A stretch of DNA of 64,000 nt from Ginglymostoma cirratum. Taxonomy: Eukaryota. Positions 1 to 13,480 of this stretch are shown one piece after another (the first letter of the stretch is position 1; each line of letters begins with the position of its first letter). Where the stretch lies: the NCBI GenBank assembly GCA_024137785.1, contig JAHRHZ010000074.1, positions 9,154,004-9,218,003 on the forward strand. Reading direction: 5' to 3'. The position numbers and the translations under genes were made by a program. The notes under the pieces were generated by a model. It made no database searches. It had not been told where the DNA came from and saw nothing but the letters and a program-made list of their open reading frames with translations.

Positions 1-200
1 GGGAGAGTTTTCCTAGTGTACTGGCTCATACACCTCTCCAAATCAACACTGCTAAAATATATTATATTATCTTCTTGCTGTTTCTGGGACTTTGCTGCTG
101 GCCAATACGTTACCACGTTTCACTTATTTTAAACTGTCAACAAATCAAAAGTACGTACTGTAAAGCTATTTTAGACATTCCAAAATCATGATTAGCTGTA
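1..200 (+). mobile_element. Deu-domain (SacSINE1-like) SINE, 3' part
   Basis: Recognisable decayed GGGAG..TTCC..GTGT.CTGGC...TTGCTGTTT.TGGGAC.TTGCTG...CTGTAAAGC motif order; similar to 59270-59590. Confidence 0.5.
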
Positions 201-1039
201 TTCCTGACTCCTGGTTGATAGTAGTGCTCGAAGAGTGCGCTAGGTGTTGGACATGAATGAGACCTCCTGAGTGGCTGAATTGTGTTTGTGCTATTTTAGC
301 ATTTGGTGCCTTTATTTATATATGAAATAAGTATAAATATAATAAAAGGGGTTCTAGAGGCGCTGAATTTTGCCCGTCTATCTAGGTATATATGGCAAAG
401 CAGATGAAGTGGTGGGAACAGTAAGATGTTATAGCAGCTTCAGTTGCTGGTCCATTTTTTGTTTCGATGCTCTTGGAAGGAGGTGTAAGCAGACTACTGG
501 AAAGGAGAACACGGTAGACAGTTTGATACTCAACCTTGTGTGAAAAATACAATGTTAAAGGAAAAACTTCTATAAGGAAGTTATACATGTCAAAATGTCT
601 TTCTCCCCCACTCTTCATCTGTCTCTCTTTCCTGAGCTGCTGTTGCTGTAGCTGTAACAGCAGAAGAAGCTGCTAATAGCATGCTTACGGCATTGTAATT
701 TAATTGGGCTGTGTGTGATACTTGATGTCTTGTATTCAACTGATGTATTTAATAAGTCTTGCAATTGGAAACGATCTGTTCAATACTGGGTATGTGATAT
801 GGGTCACCAATGAAAAGAATCGATAGAGGAGCAAGTTTGGAAGAGAATTAGAGATGTAAACAATTTGGAGTGCAAATGGTGGTTTGCTAATACAGGATTT
901 GGCCATTCCAAACAGAGATATTTCAAAGCTTTTTGCGTTGCATTCATCAGGGCAGATGGAAGAAAACTAATTTTCTCAGGGAACAACAATTTGTACTGTA
1001 TGAGAAACAATGCTAATTGATCACCAAGTGGGATTCTGG

Positions 1040-2330
1040 CCCAAGCTGCTTCAATAAGCAGTTACCCCAAAATGTTTTCTTTAAATTCAGAAAAGGAAGG
1101 TTGATTTTTTTGTTGATGTATGCCATGAGGAATGCATCAGAGACGTGTCCCTGAAGTATTCATCAGGAGTCATACAGGATCCTGAACTTTGTATAGAGAG
1201 ATAGAGTCCAAAAGCAAGAAAGCTATGATGAATCTTTATAAAACTTCAGTTCGTCAACTGCACTATTGCGCTCAGTTCCAGTTACTTTAGAAATTGATAT
1301 GAAAGCATTGGGAATGGTGTAGAAAACATGTATGAGAATGGTTGTAAGGACGACTGATTTCAGCAACAAGGCTAGATTGGTGAAACTCGATTCTTCAGCA
1401 GAAGAGAAGGTTAGAAGAGTTTTCGCAGGTGCTCCAAATCTGAGGGGATTGAACAAAGCTGAAAGGGGTAACTGTTTTCTTTGACAGATGGGTTGAGAAC
1501 CAAAGGATACTGATTTAAAGTGATTGCTTTTGTTTCTTTTGTCAATGTCAGGAAACCTTTTGGGACCTGAAATACACTGCATGAGAGGGTGGTACAGACA
1601 GATTTAATCATAGTTTCCAAAACACAGTTGGATAATTGGTGCAAAGGCAAGGGAGTGGGTCTCGCTGAGCTGTTCTAGCAGAGAGGTAGCACATACACCA
1701 TGGGTGGAATGGCTTCCTTTTGTGCTGTAAACATGCTTGTGTTTCTACTAGGAATATAGGAGCAGGCTCTCCAGCCTTTGAGCCTGCTCTGCTGATCCAG
1801 ATCATGTCTGATCCTATACCTCAATGCTGTATTTCTGTACTATGCCCATGTTCCTTGGTGTCATTAGTAACTACAAGATGGAGATTGAGATCCTATATAG
1901 TAGAGAATTCCAAGGATTAACCAAGCTCTTTGTGAAGAAGTTAATCCTTATTTCAGTCCTTTTATTCTGAGATTATTTCTCCTGGTTACAGATCCCACAG
2001 TCAGGGTAAATACCCTGTTCTAACTCTTGAAGAATTCTGGATGTTTCTGAGGTGAGCCCTCATTGTTCCAAACTCTAGAGAATATAGACCCAGTCTCCTC
2101 ATATTCTTACCATTAGGCAGTCCCATCATCTCAGGAATCAGTCTGGTGAACTCCACTGCATTCCTTTTACAGCAAGTATATCCCTGCTTAAGCAAGGGGA
2201 CCAGAACTCCACTCAGTACACCAGGTGTGGTCTCATCCATGTTCTATACATATGAAATGAGATTTATATGCACTTGTACTCAAGTACGCTTGTGATAAAG
2301 GCTAACGTACAGTTTGCTTTCTGAATTGCT
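1040..2330. mobile_element. Two tail-to-tail CR1 LINE 3' fragments (+ about 1040-1725; - about 1730-2330)
   Basis: Decayed CR1 RT C-terminus (LYKTSVRQLHYCAQF; FTRLIPEMMGL..RRLGLYSLEF) and ATGGG..GAATGGC.TCCT tails. Confidence 0.7.
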
Positions 2331-2649
2331 TGCAGCAGGGAATTTAAATTTGCAGGGAGTTTTGGTGAAATTGTTTTGAAACGCTAGGATTAGAGATGTT
2401 GAACCTGGTGAATCAAGACCATTGAAAAACCTGTACTACTGTGCAATAGCAAAAGAAATGAGAAAGTTGTCCCATCCCCTGGACTGGTGTGATCTATGGG
2501 TCAGATCTTGCAAAATGAGTACGTTAGCTAAGCTTGTTGTCTCGCCACATGACATAAAAATTATAATATCTGAATTTAATCATATACAACACTGCAAAGT
2601 TGGTTCACTTAAAATGTGTTCTTGATGTGCTGTGCATCTTTATTTTCAG

Positions 2650-2787
2650 TCGGAACAACCCTCCCTCAATATCAAGAAGTGCAGATAAAGATGAGGACCC
2701 TGCTGCTTTAGCAGAGAGTTGTTTTCGAGAACTACTGGGACGTGCAGCCTATGGTAACATGAACAACGCCATCAGACCTGTTCTCAT
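2650..2787 (+). CDS. EFR3A: EFR3A internal exon 1 in window (138 nt): RNNPPSISRSADKDEDPAALAESCFRELLGRAAYGNMNNAIRPVL
   Basis: ttttcAG acceptor and GTAAGT donor. The peptide matches the vertebrate EFR3 motif LAE.CFRELLGRA..GNMNNA.RPV. The phase-2 end joins the next exon. Confidence 0.95.
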
Positions 2788-4049
2788 GTAAGTCAAAAAT
2801 AACAGATACATATTGAATTTTTTTCCTCAAGAAAAATTTAGAATCAAAATAGTAGCATTGCAAATCACTTTGTTTTTAAAAACACTGCAATGGTTTTTAA
2901 AACTGCTCCACTCATCTTCCCTAATTCTACCCTCTCTTGCTGTCCTTTGCATCTTTATTCATTTCTCCCCTGCGAAAGCAGAAAGCCGCTTTCTGGTGGA
3001 GCGTGTAGCTGCAGTCTTACAGAAGGTGATGAGCAGAAAAGTGGCAAAATAATTGAAAACTTGTGTTGTAATAACATATTGTGAGGTTCCAGTCTTCTTC
3101 AGCTCATATGATTATAGACTTTAGGTCATATGTTGTGGCATAGAAATAAACAATATATCTGCTGTAAAGCTACTTGATCGTGTTATAACATTTCATTAAA
3201 ATAATTTATATTATAGTTTAAATTGTGCACATCTCATTGCCATTTCATCATTCTACTTTTGATTTCTGAACTGTTAATGTCATTCCTACCTAATCTAGCT
3301 TGTCTATTTTTTGTTTGAAACCATGATATTTAATGCAAAGTAATTACGATTTATTTTGTAACGCTACAATGATCTCTACCTATTAAAAATACGTGACAGC
3401 ACTGTTGCAACTGGTTTGAGATCTGTGTAAGTATGAACTTGACAATTCAAACAGTAATACCCTGTTCCCAAAGTTGACTACTATTCTGAAATGAGGCACC
3501 AGACCAGGGGTACGCGACCAGTCAGAGGGCTGTACCTGCCTTTAAGAAAATATAAAGTCCTGGGTTGTCGGGGAGTGGCCGTAAGATCTCAAAGTGAATT
3601 ACTACAATAAATACAACAATTGCTGATAATGAACATATAACTTTTATGATAATTACATTATGATAATGCTGCATTACATACAATAACAACTAAATGTGCC
3701 CACTCTTTCAGGCCATCCTGTCTTATTGTGAAAGATGCAGTTGGTTGTCTGACTTTGACAAGGGCATCAAATTCCATTCTCAGATTTTCTTTGTAGGGGT
3801 GCTGCAGATGCTTGACCAGCTGAGTACTTGCAACATTTTCTGGGTTTTTCTTCCAGATTTTCAACAATTGCAGTTAACTTTTATCTTGCCAGTACAAGTG
3901 CTTTACTGTGATCCACATTATGGTGCTGCATGGTCCACCGAGAGAAATACAGTAAAGAATATGTAGGGAGATCAGTAGATAATCTGAAGCAATCAACAGA
4001 TTTTGTGGGGAGTAAAGTGTTCTTGTATATCTGAATTGATGGATTAAAA

Positions 4050-6560
4050 GCACATGTAGGCCATTCAGCCTTCACCCATGCTCTATTATTTGATAACATG
4101 ATGGCAGATCTGATTGTGATCTCAATTCTACTTTCCTTCTCTATTGTTGATAACCTTTTGACTCTCTCCTGAATCAGGAATCTATTTAACGCAACCTTTG
4201 CAAATATTCAATAACCCAGCCCTCGTTGCTGTCTGGGGAAGAGAATTTCACAGGTTACCCACTCTGGGGAGGGGCAGGGTGGGGAAGCTTGCCCTTATCT
4301 TCATTTTAAATTAAAGACCCCTAAATTTTAAGCTGAGACTTGCATTCTCACCTATCCTAAAAGGAAAAACTTTCAGCATCTATCAAGCTACACACCCTCT
4401 TTCCACACCACCACCCCCCCCCCACTCCCCCACCCCGAGTATCAGTATGCATCAACAAGATCAACAAATAGGGGCAAGAGTAAGTCACTTAACCTATCGA
4501 GTCTGCTTTGCAATTCAGTACAATCATATCCTTTATCTCAATGCCATAATCCCACTTTCTCCCTACGTTCCATGACGTCTTTCATGTTAATAAGCCAACT
4601 TTTTTCTTAAATATTTTCAGTGGCTTGGCCTCTGCTTCCTTTATGTGGTACAGAACTTCACAGGGCCACCACCCCCTAATGGAAGAAATTTCTTGTCTCA
4701 GTCCTAAATAGCCAGTCCTGTTTCTGAAATTTTGACCCTTTATCCTAGACCATCCCCTTCTCTACTAAGAAAAAAGCTGGGAACATTGTCCCTGTATGTA
4801 GTCTGTCCAGCCCTGTCAGAATTGTATATGTTTCAATAAGAGAGCCTCTCATTCTTGTAATCGGCAGTGGATGCAGGTATAATTGACCTAATCTTTTATG
4901 AAAAACTTGTCTTTCCCCTGAAAAGTGTCTGGTGAACCTTCGCTGCTCTTCTTATATGGAAAATATATCTTTCCTTGGGTAAGGAGATTTGTCTAAGCTG
5001 CCTTGAAGCCTCTTTACTTCCTCCTCACCACTCACATATCCTCCTAGCTTTGTCATCAGCAAATTTGGAAAGGTTATAGTTAATCATCCTTATTCAAATT
5101 ATTGGTACATAATGTGAATAGCTGGCCACCCTAGCGCCGATCTTGTTGTACCCTACTCGTCCACACTGAAAAGGACACATTTATTCCAACTGTTTGTGCC
5201 TACTAATCAATTCTCAATACATGCCAGTATATTCCACAAATCTTATGTGCTTTAATGTTGCACATAACCTCTTGTGTGAAATTTTATCAAAAGCTTTCTG
5301 GAAATCCAAATGCGCCACATCCACTGACTTTGCTATCTATTCTACGCATTACATTCTCAAACCAAAATTTGTCAAATATGATATCCTTTTGTAAATTGAT
5401 GTCAACTTTGACTAAGCCTGTTGGTTTTTTGTTCTGTGTCCTGTTATTGCATCCTTTATATTAGACTCTAGTAATTTATTTATTACTGATGTTAGACTAT
5501 CTGATCTCTAATTCTCCATTTTCTCCCTCTGTTGTTTACAAAACAAAAATTGCAGAGTTACGTTTGCTGCCTTCCAGTCTGCTGTAACTGCTCCAAAATT
5601 CTATAGATTCTGGAATGTTTGACCCAAGGACCCATTATTTCCACAGCCATCTCCTTTAGTACTCTGACATGTGGATAATCAAGCCCCAGAGATTTATCAG
5701 CTTTCAGTCCTATTTAATTTCTCCAACACTTCTTTCCCCCACTAGGCTTCTTTAGTTGCTTCTTCCCAATAGACCCTTGTTTCTGTAGCATTTCTGAGAA
5801 GTTGTATGTGTCATCTTCTGTGAACGCAGAACAGAGTAGTTATTTAATAAATAAACTTGTCATTTCTTTTTCTCCATTATCAATTCTCCAGTTCTAGACT
5901 GAAAGGGACTGACATTTGTCTTCACTAATCATTTTCTTTTACATATTTACGTTTATAGTCTGCTTTTAATTGTACCAGTTCTTTAACTTTTCCCTCTTTA
6001 ATCTACTAGTCCTCTTTTGTTGAATCCTACACTGTTCTAAAGTTGCAGCCTTGCTATTTTTCTCGCAACTTTATATGACTCCTCTTTGGGTCTAATACTA
6101 ACCTTGATTTCCTTTGCTATCCTTGGTAGGACCACTTCTTCTGTTGTGCTTTGCATTAGAAAGAAATTTATAACATTGGAATTCATGTATTTATTGCTTA
6201 AAAGTTAGCCATTATTCCTTTGTCACAGCTTTCAGTGAAGTTACCCAATCTATCACAGCCAATGTATCTCTCATACCTTTGTTTCCTTTGTTTAGGACCA
6301 TAGTGTCAGTTTGGTCCGCTTCACTTTCTATCTCAAAGAAGAAGAATGCTATCATGTTACGGCCACCCTTCCTGTAAAGGGCCTCACAAGACAAGATTAT
6401 TACCAAACCCAGAACAGCCTGTTCCCTAGTTGGTTCCCTTGCTGGTCTAAAAACCCATCTTGTACACAATCCAAGAGTTTATCCACCACCACACTATTGA
6501 AGATGTTCTTTGCCTCGACTATTTGTAGATTATAATCGCCCTTGTTACATGCATAACATC
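4050..6560 (-). mobile_element. CR1 LINE fragments (ORF2, heavily decayed)
   Basis: Antisense DFQKAFDK (TTATCAAAAGCTTTCTGGAAATC, about 5284-5306), KFADD and CR1 tail sequences. Confidence 0.75.
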
Positions 6561-6912
6561 CAGTTTATTACTGTCCCTACCTTGCCAACACTGTCTAGAG
6601 GTTGAATAATAATGTTGTAGATTGAGTTTTGCCTTGAGTTTACACATCTTCAATCCCCAGCATCTTTTGCAGTTACCTTAAATATGTGTCACTAGTTACT
6701 GACACTGGTGCCTTGAGTCAATAACCTTTTGTGATTTTGAACACCTCTTCTCAATCTGCCCTTAATTTTCTCTGCTCTAATGGGAACAATCCAACCTTCT
6801 CTCATCTTTGCACTTTACCAGATGTGTGGAATGTCAGTATCAATATAATTGTGGCTGACTGTATAATGTGGCATGTTGACAGGATGTATGCGCAAGAAAT
6901 TTCAATATTTTA

Positions 6913-7302
6913 GAGATAAAAGGTACTGCAGATGCTGGAGAATCCGAGATAACAAGCATGGGGCTGGATGAACACAGCAGGTCAAGCAGCATCATAGGAG
7001 CAGGAAAACTTGACTTTTTTTTTATACCGTCCTCCCTGGACTGACCTATCTCCTCCCTACCCCCCTACCTACACTCACCTTTACTGGCTCCATCCCCGCC
7101 TCTTCGACTTGTCTGCCTCCTCTCCACCTATCCTCTCCTCTATCCATCTTCTATCCGCCTCCCCCTCTCTCCCTATTTATTTCAGAACCCACTTCCCCTC
7201 CCCCATTTCTGATGAAGGGTTTAGGCCCGAAACGTCAAGTTTTCCTGCTCCTATGATGCTGCTTGACCTGCTGTGTTCATCCAGCCCCATGCTTGTTATC
7301 TC
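6913..7302. mobile_element. PLE 3'-end insertion with inverted terminal duplication (family 1)
   Basis: 7024-7302 is homologous to the PLE 3' end at 13261-13480. Perfect 69-nt inverted repeat at 6946-7014 / 7234-7302. Flanking direct repeat TCAATATTTTAGAGAT at 6902-6917 and 7301-7316. Confidence 0.88.
7206..7239 (+). ncRNA. Minimal type-I hammerhead ribozyme motif (intact core)
   Basis: ttt-CTGATGA-A-GGGT TTAG GCCC-GAAA-CG-TC-aag: conserved core boxes, stem II, palindromic ACGU in place of helix III, GUC cleavage triplet (7234-7236), short stem I (uuu/aag). Activity not shown. Confidence 0.75.
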
Positions 7303-8679
7303 AATATTTTAGAGATTCTCTAAAAGGTAAGTATTCTTTGTACTCTTCAGTGTATTACGATGCCGTTGCAGACTCGGGTTCAAATCTTGAACTGTCAGCA
7401 TTCTTGATACCAACAATAACAGCAATCAGCCCCTCAGCCCCTTAATTGAGAGAAAAATTGAAAAGCTACACAAGGATTGACTTTCCATGAAGACAATTAA
7501 AACTTAAGTGTGAAATAAATTAAGTTTTGAAATTAGGGTGTAAAACCAAAGAGCAGATAAAAACTGAAGCAATCTTATAAATAATCTTAAATGTACACTG
7601 ATCTTGTGCTATTCTCCCTGCTACTCCACTTGTGCTTGTCCCTTTAAAATGATAGCAGGTCTGAGCAGAACCTGCCTGCTGCATCCAAACATTGGCTAAA
7701 ACATCTTCCCTGGAAGTACTGCACTTAGCTTCAAAGTGCTTCCATTGAAGCTCTCACGATCTGCGTTCTACTTTCACAACTCCCAATGCAGATCAACCAG
7801 ATGCCAGAACACTTGTTTATGCCCATTCAGCACATTTTACATGCACCATTTCATCTTGCATGCTTTCCTTGCGCTAAGTATAGGCCAGTTTTAGAAGCTT
7901 CCAAGGGCTGTTTGTGGCCTTCCTGGATGTAAATTGCCCAACTTTGTACTGAATGGTAATGCAGCAGAGTTTTGCTTTTTCTTGAATGTGGTTATCACCT
8001 GAAACCTTACTAATTAATTAATTGAGATAGTGTTTAGCATGTGAAGAATTATGAATGTAATTTTTTTCTTACTCTAATTTCCTGTTCGATGACAGTGAAT
8101 CACTAAGGACTTTGGGAAGGGTGGAGTTATGGTTAGTGATGGGGCTTGTGGTGAGATGAACCTGCCCGAGGTCTCTACTGTTGATTGTGCCACAGTCTGT
8201 GGAATAAGAGAAGTCTGACTGAGCTCCTCACAAAGCAGAAAATGTAGATAGATTTCACCCTCCGGGTCCTGACCAGGTTAGCGGTTTGTGATATGTAGTG
8301 GATTTTGGACCAACAGTTATCAGGATGGTTTGCATGCCTCAAGTCAATACTCTGAGGCTTCAGAACATTCAAAATTCCCAATGTAAGGAGTTCTTGCTGT
8401 CTATCCCAGATAACAATGATGTTGTTTTGTGGTGGCTATTGCTTCCATCTGGGTTATTTTAATTCAAACTTGGGTTTAAGTATTGCGTTGGTCTCAGGCT
8501 AGCTTGTGATATCTCACTGACCCCCAATCAAGCAGTGATAGAAATATTCAAGAAAAGAAATATTTTTTGGTGGCCTTAAAGTGTTTTTTAAAAAACACTG
8601 TTCGTAGTTGGAATTCATTTAGCTAACTGGTGACATAATCTGCATAAGCACATTGAGTTTTCAGTGTGCTTGTTTAATA

Positions 8680-8990
8680 GCATCATAGCATCATACAGGC
8701 CCTTCAGCCCAACTCATCCATGCCAATCAGGTTTCCTAAACTGACAAATCCTATTTGACTGCATTTGGCCCATACCCCTCTAAACCTTCCTATTCACGTA
8801 CCTGTCCAAATGTCTTTTAAATGTTGTAACTGGACCCACCTCTACCACTTTCTTTTGCAACTTATTCCATATATGCACTCTGTGTGAAAAAGTTGCCCCT
8901 CAGATTCCTTTTAAGTCTTTCCTCTCTCACCTTTAAACTTATTCCCTCTAGCTTTGGACTCCCTTACCCTGATCTATCTATTTAACTATG
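8680..8990 (-). mobile_element. HER1/CR1 LINE 3' tail
   Basis: ACAGGCCCTTCAGCCCAAC..GCATTTGGCCCATA.CCCTCTAAACC; same family as about 30195-30340 and 36240-36625. Confidence 0.7.
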
Positions 8991-9619
8991 AACATCTCAA
9001 ATTTTCTTTAAACTTAATTTTATTAGCTTATTATTCAATTTTAATTGGTTATTATTTTTCAGTGAGTGAACTTCTGGCATTTAAGTTGTTAAAAATCTGA
9101 CCAAATTATTCAAGCTGCAAGATAAGATTGATTGGAATTCTGCTTTAATCTGCAAAATGTTTGTTCGTGTCACAACAAAGATAAAGCTAGATGAAAGTGT
9201 TGTCTTAGTATGTTCTGCACATCCTAATATAGTGCTAGCACTGCTATGAAGTGCTAATTTCTCTATTCAAAATCTGCAATCAGTGTAGTGGTACCCAGTG
9301 TAATGCCGTTTATGAATCAAACCTTTTCATAGTTAAATTTGTGAAAATATATGTGCCATGTTTTATTCAGCTTCTAGCTAATCTTACTTGAATTGTAAAA
9401 TTACTTAATGTATATGTTTTTTGCGCATTTTATTGATGCTGACTACATGGAAGCATGGCAGCTATGGAAACATACCGGTTCTGAAATATTTGTTCTGCAT
9501 TATTTCTGGTGCTGGCTGTGCATATGCCATTTCTGTAAATGTCAGAATGTGCATGGGGAGAAATTTGCTGAATTAAACAAATTAGACAGGTTGAGCAGTC
9601 ATTCTGAAATAATAACTAA

Positions 9620-9800
9620 GTGCTGGAGAAATTCAACAGATTTGACAACATCTGTGTCTAGAGAAACTGATTACTATTTTGAGTTCAAAAAAGAATCAAA
9701 TTGGACCCAGAACCTTAACTCTGTTTCTCTGTCCTCTGATGTTGTTAGACCTGCTGGGTTTCTCCAGTCCTACCTGTTTTTATTTCAGATTTCCAGAACC
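9620..9800. mobile_element. Old, diverged fold-back PLE-terminal element (family 2)
   Basis: Arms GCTGGAGAAATTCAACAGATTTGACAACATC... and ...GATGTTGTTAGACCTGCTGGGTTTCTCCAG are imperfect reverse complements; resembles 25516-25735. Confidence 0.6.
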
Positions 9801-9974
9801 CATTGTGCATTGTTGCACAAGGGAAGTCACAAACTGTGTATTCCAAAACAGCTGAGTACATTTCATTTTCTCTTGGCAGAGAGAGTGAAGTAGAACGTAA
9901 ACATGGTTCATAGGATTGCTGTCTTCCATTCTCTGCACAAATGGCAGATTGCAGGTGTAGCATATCAACTAAGA

Positions 9975-10890
9975 TGTACTGCAAAAGAAAGGGGTCCAGC
10001 TGCTATGTGACCATACACTTTGTATCATGTAGGTCCAGTCTCAATATCATGGCAATTACTGTTTTGCCTTTTATCTGTAATAGTCTGGCATGCCAGCTGC
10101 ATTTGTATTTCCGAAACAAACCGGAGAATAAACACTGGTTGCCGAGGGCTGATGGTGTGGATCTAGACTGTCATGCAGAATCCACCCTACGATGGGCAGC
10201 ATGACGTATGCCCTGTTGCCATACAAGATGCGACCAGGTACACCATTTGGTGCTTAAACCACTGTTTTGTCAGCTAAACTGCCTTGGGTGAGCTGTATGC
10301 TGTATGTTGGAGGACAAGCTATTGGGCTACTCCTAACACCCTGCATGCCTCTTTGAACACTGATAGCACACTGCCATCATGGCTATGGGTGAGCTTGCGT
10401 AACTAAAATCTGAGCTTTACAGTGCATTGTTCAGATGTTGGCTGATTTCTGTTGGTGTTACAGTGGAAAATGAGACATTGGATACTGCATTTTGGCTAGA
10501 TGCAAAATGTTCTCAGAAAGTTGACCAATACTTGCACGCTGACAGTGATGAGGTTGACATGCTCCAAAGTCCTGTGCCAAGCTGTTGCTGAACACTGCTG
10601 TACTGCTTGATCTTGATCATCGACCTGCCAGTACACCAAGTGTTTCAGTGGATGAACATTAGCCTCCTGAGGGTTTACCTTTTGGTAAGCTTATGTCTGT
10701 ACTGATGTGCTGCCCTGCAGGCGCCTTATGATGTCTCACCACATGCAAATCTCACTTGTAAGCTATCTTCCCAAAATAGTGCCAGCTTTTGAGTTGATGG
10801 GTGAATGTGTGAGCAAAAGATGGTATTGTTTCTCCATTGTCTTCATGTGTCTTCTACAACTGGCTAAGTTTCAGCTTTGGGTGAAAGGAT
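9975..10890 (-). mobile_element. Possible RTE-clade LINE relic
   Basis: The minus strand gives decayed coding-like fragments (KIKQY..; NFLRTFCI; WQQGIRHAAHRR) reminiscent of the RTE RT C-terminus; heavily degenerate. Confidence 0.3.
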
Positions 10891-11323
10891 GAGTCTGAAA
10901 AGGAAATTTAAAAGGAATACACACCTAATCAAATTGTAGATTTAACTACAACCAAGAAACCGGAAATAAAAACTGCTATGAATGCATGGGAGGTGAATGA
11001 GTTAGATGAGAGATATTTATCGAAAAATAAAGTAATTGATTTTTCACCAAATGATAGAGCTAAACCCATAAATATATTAAGAGGCACAGAAGCTATTCAA
11101 ACTTTTGCTGGAGAAGGATCTGGTTTTCCTGCTTCCCAACAGAATAAAATGAAAGCAGAAGTGTTATTAAGCAGGATAAGTGAAGAGTATATCCTAGTAC
11201 CATTATTAATAGTGAAGTTAGAGTGTGACTTGTTATCCGGAGCTGTGAAAAGTAGAAGTAGTAAGCAGTTACGTATGCTCCAGGAAATGATTTGGCTGGA
11301 ATAAAAGTTAAAACTTCATCTTA

Positions 11324-13480
11324 CTTCGCGCTTACTTCTTTAACCGTGAGCCTAACCCTCCCTCTACTGACTTCTTCTCCCGCCTCCAACACACTCCCTC
11401 CCCCCGGACACCACCCCGAGGCCTCCTACCCTCCCTCAACCTCTTCATCACCAACTGTCATTGTGACATCAATCGCCTCAACCTCTCCACCACTCTCACC
11501 CACTCCAACCTCTCCCCCACAGAACGTGCAGCCCTCCACTCCAATCCAAACCTCACCATGAAACCTGCGGACAAGGGAGGCGCAGTTGTAGTATGGCGCA
11601 CTGACCTCTACATCGCCGAGGCCAGGCGCCAACTCTCCGACACCACCTCCTACCGCCCCCTTGATCATGACCCCACCCTCGACCCCGAAACCACCATCTC
11701 TCAGACCATCTACAACCTCATCACCTCAGGTGACCTCCCACCCACAGCCTCCAACCTCATCGTTCCCCAACCCCGCACCGCCCACTTCTATCTCCTTCCC
11801 AAAATCCACAAACCTGACTGCCCTGGTCAACCCATTGTCTCTGCCTGCTCCTACCCCCACCGAACTTATCTCCATTTATCTCGACTCCATTTTCTCCGCC
11901 TTGGTCCAGGAACTCCCTCCCTACGTCCGCGACACCACCCACACCCTCCACCTCCTCCTTCAAAACTTCCAAGTCCCCGGTCCCCAACACACCATCTTTA
12001 CCATGGACGTCCAGTCACTATACACCTGCATTCCCCATCCAAATGGCCTAAAGGGCCTCCGCCTCTTCCTGTCCAGCAGGCCCGACCAGTCCCCCTCCAC
12101 TGACACCCTCATCCGCTTAGCCAAACTCGTCCTCACCCTCAACCACTTCCCTTTCAATTCCTCTCACTTCCTACAGACAAAGGGGGTGGCCATGGGTACC
12201 TGCCTGGGCCCAAGCTATGCCTCCCTCTTTATAGGTTATGTGGAACAATCCCTCTTCCGTAGCTACACTGGCCCTAAACCCCACCTCTTCCTCTGTTACA
12301 TTGACTGTATCGGCCCCGCCTCATGCTCCCATGAGGAGCTCGAACAGTTCATCCACTTCACCAACACCTTCCACCCCAACCTTAAGTTCACCTGGACCAT
12401 CTCTGTTACCTCTCTCTCCTTCCTGGATCCCTCTATTTCCATCTCCGGCAATCACCTGGAAAGCGACATCCATTTCTCCCACAGCTACCTAGAATACACC
12501 TCCTCCCACCCAACTTCCAGCAAAAATGCCATCCCCTATTCCCAATTCCTTCGCCTCCGCTGCATCTGCTCCCAGAATGAGGCATTCCACTCCCATTCAT
12601 CTCAGGCGTCCTCGTTTTTCAAGGACCACAACTTCTCCCCTTCAGTGGTCAAGAATGCCCTCGATCGTGTCTCCCGCGTTTCCCGCAACTCATCCTTCAC
12701 ACCCTCTCCCCGCAATAACAACCAAAACAGAATCCCCCTCGTCCTCACGTTCCACCCCACCAACCTCCGGATCGAACGCATCGTCCTCTGACACTTCCGC
12801 CATCTGCAATCCGACCCCACCACCAAAGACATTTTTCCCTCCCCACCCTTATCTGCTTTCCGGAGGGACCACTCTCTCTGGGACTCCCTTGTCCGCGGAG
12901 GCTTGGGGACCGCTTTGCAGAACACCTACGCTCAGTTCGCACTAAACAACTACACCTCCCAGTTGCGAACCATTTCAACTCCCCCTCCCATTCCTCAGAC
13001 GACATGTCCATCCTGGGCCTCCTGCAGTGCCACAACGATGCCACCTGAAGGTTGCAGGGACAGCAACTTATATTCATTCCACTTGGGAACCCTGCAGCCC
13101 AATGGTATCAATGTGGACTTCACAAGCTTCAAAATCTCCCCTCCCCCAACCGCATCCCAAAACCAGCCCAACTTGTCCCTGCATCCCTAACCTGTCCTTC
13201 CTCCCACCTATCCCCTCCTCCCACCTCAAGCCCCACCCCCATCTCCTACCTACCAACCTCATACCGCCCCCTGGACTGACCTATCTCCTCCCTAACTCCC
13301 CACCTACACTCCCCTTTACTGCCTCCATCCCCACCTCTTTGACCTGTCTGTCTCCTCTCCTTCTATCTGCCTCCCCCTCCCCCATTTATGATGAAGGGTC
13401 TAGGCCCAAAATGTCAGCCTTCCTGCTCCTATGATGCTGCTTGGCCTGCTGTGTTCATCCAGCTCTACGCCTTGTTATCT
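11324..13480 (+). mobile_element. Penelope-like retroelement, 5'-truncated and inactive (RT + C-terminal half of GIY-YIG + 3' terminal repeat unit)
   Basis: PLE RT motifs KPADKGGAVVVW, FYLLPKIHKP...PIVS, MDVQSLYTCIP, KGVAMGT, YID-CIG, SQFLRLRCICS. Endonuclease tail RRLGDRFAEHLRS...PVANHFN...GTLQPNGIN. Frameshift near 11850, in-frame TGA stops, very C-rich strand. Confidence 0.93.

Noticed and set aside
3800-3875. Very old family-2 arm fragment
   Set aside because: Too diverged to delimit, and no hammerhead motif is visible.
4403-4437. C-rich tract (potential G-quadruplex on the minus strand)
   Set aside because: Simple low-complexity run within a CR1 relic; no evidence of function.
7010-7312. 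Pro/Ser-rich 100-aa ORF (and the similar 13027-13434 ORF)
   Set aside because: Consequence of the stop-poor, C-rich PLE 3'UTR.
9408-9893. 161-aa ORF
   Set aside because: Runs through an old hairpin repeat; no homology or splice support.
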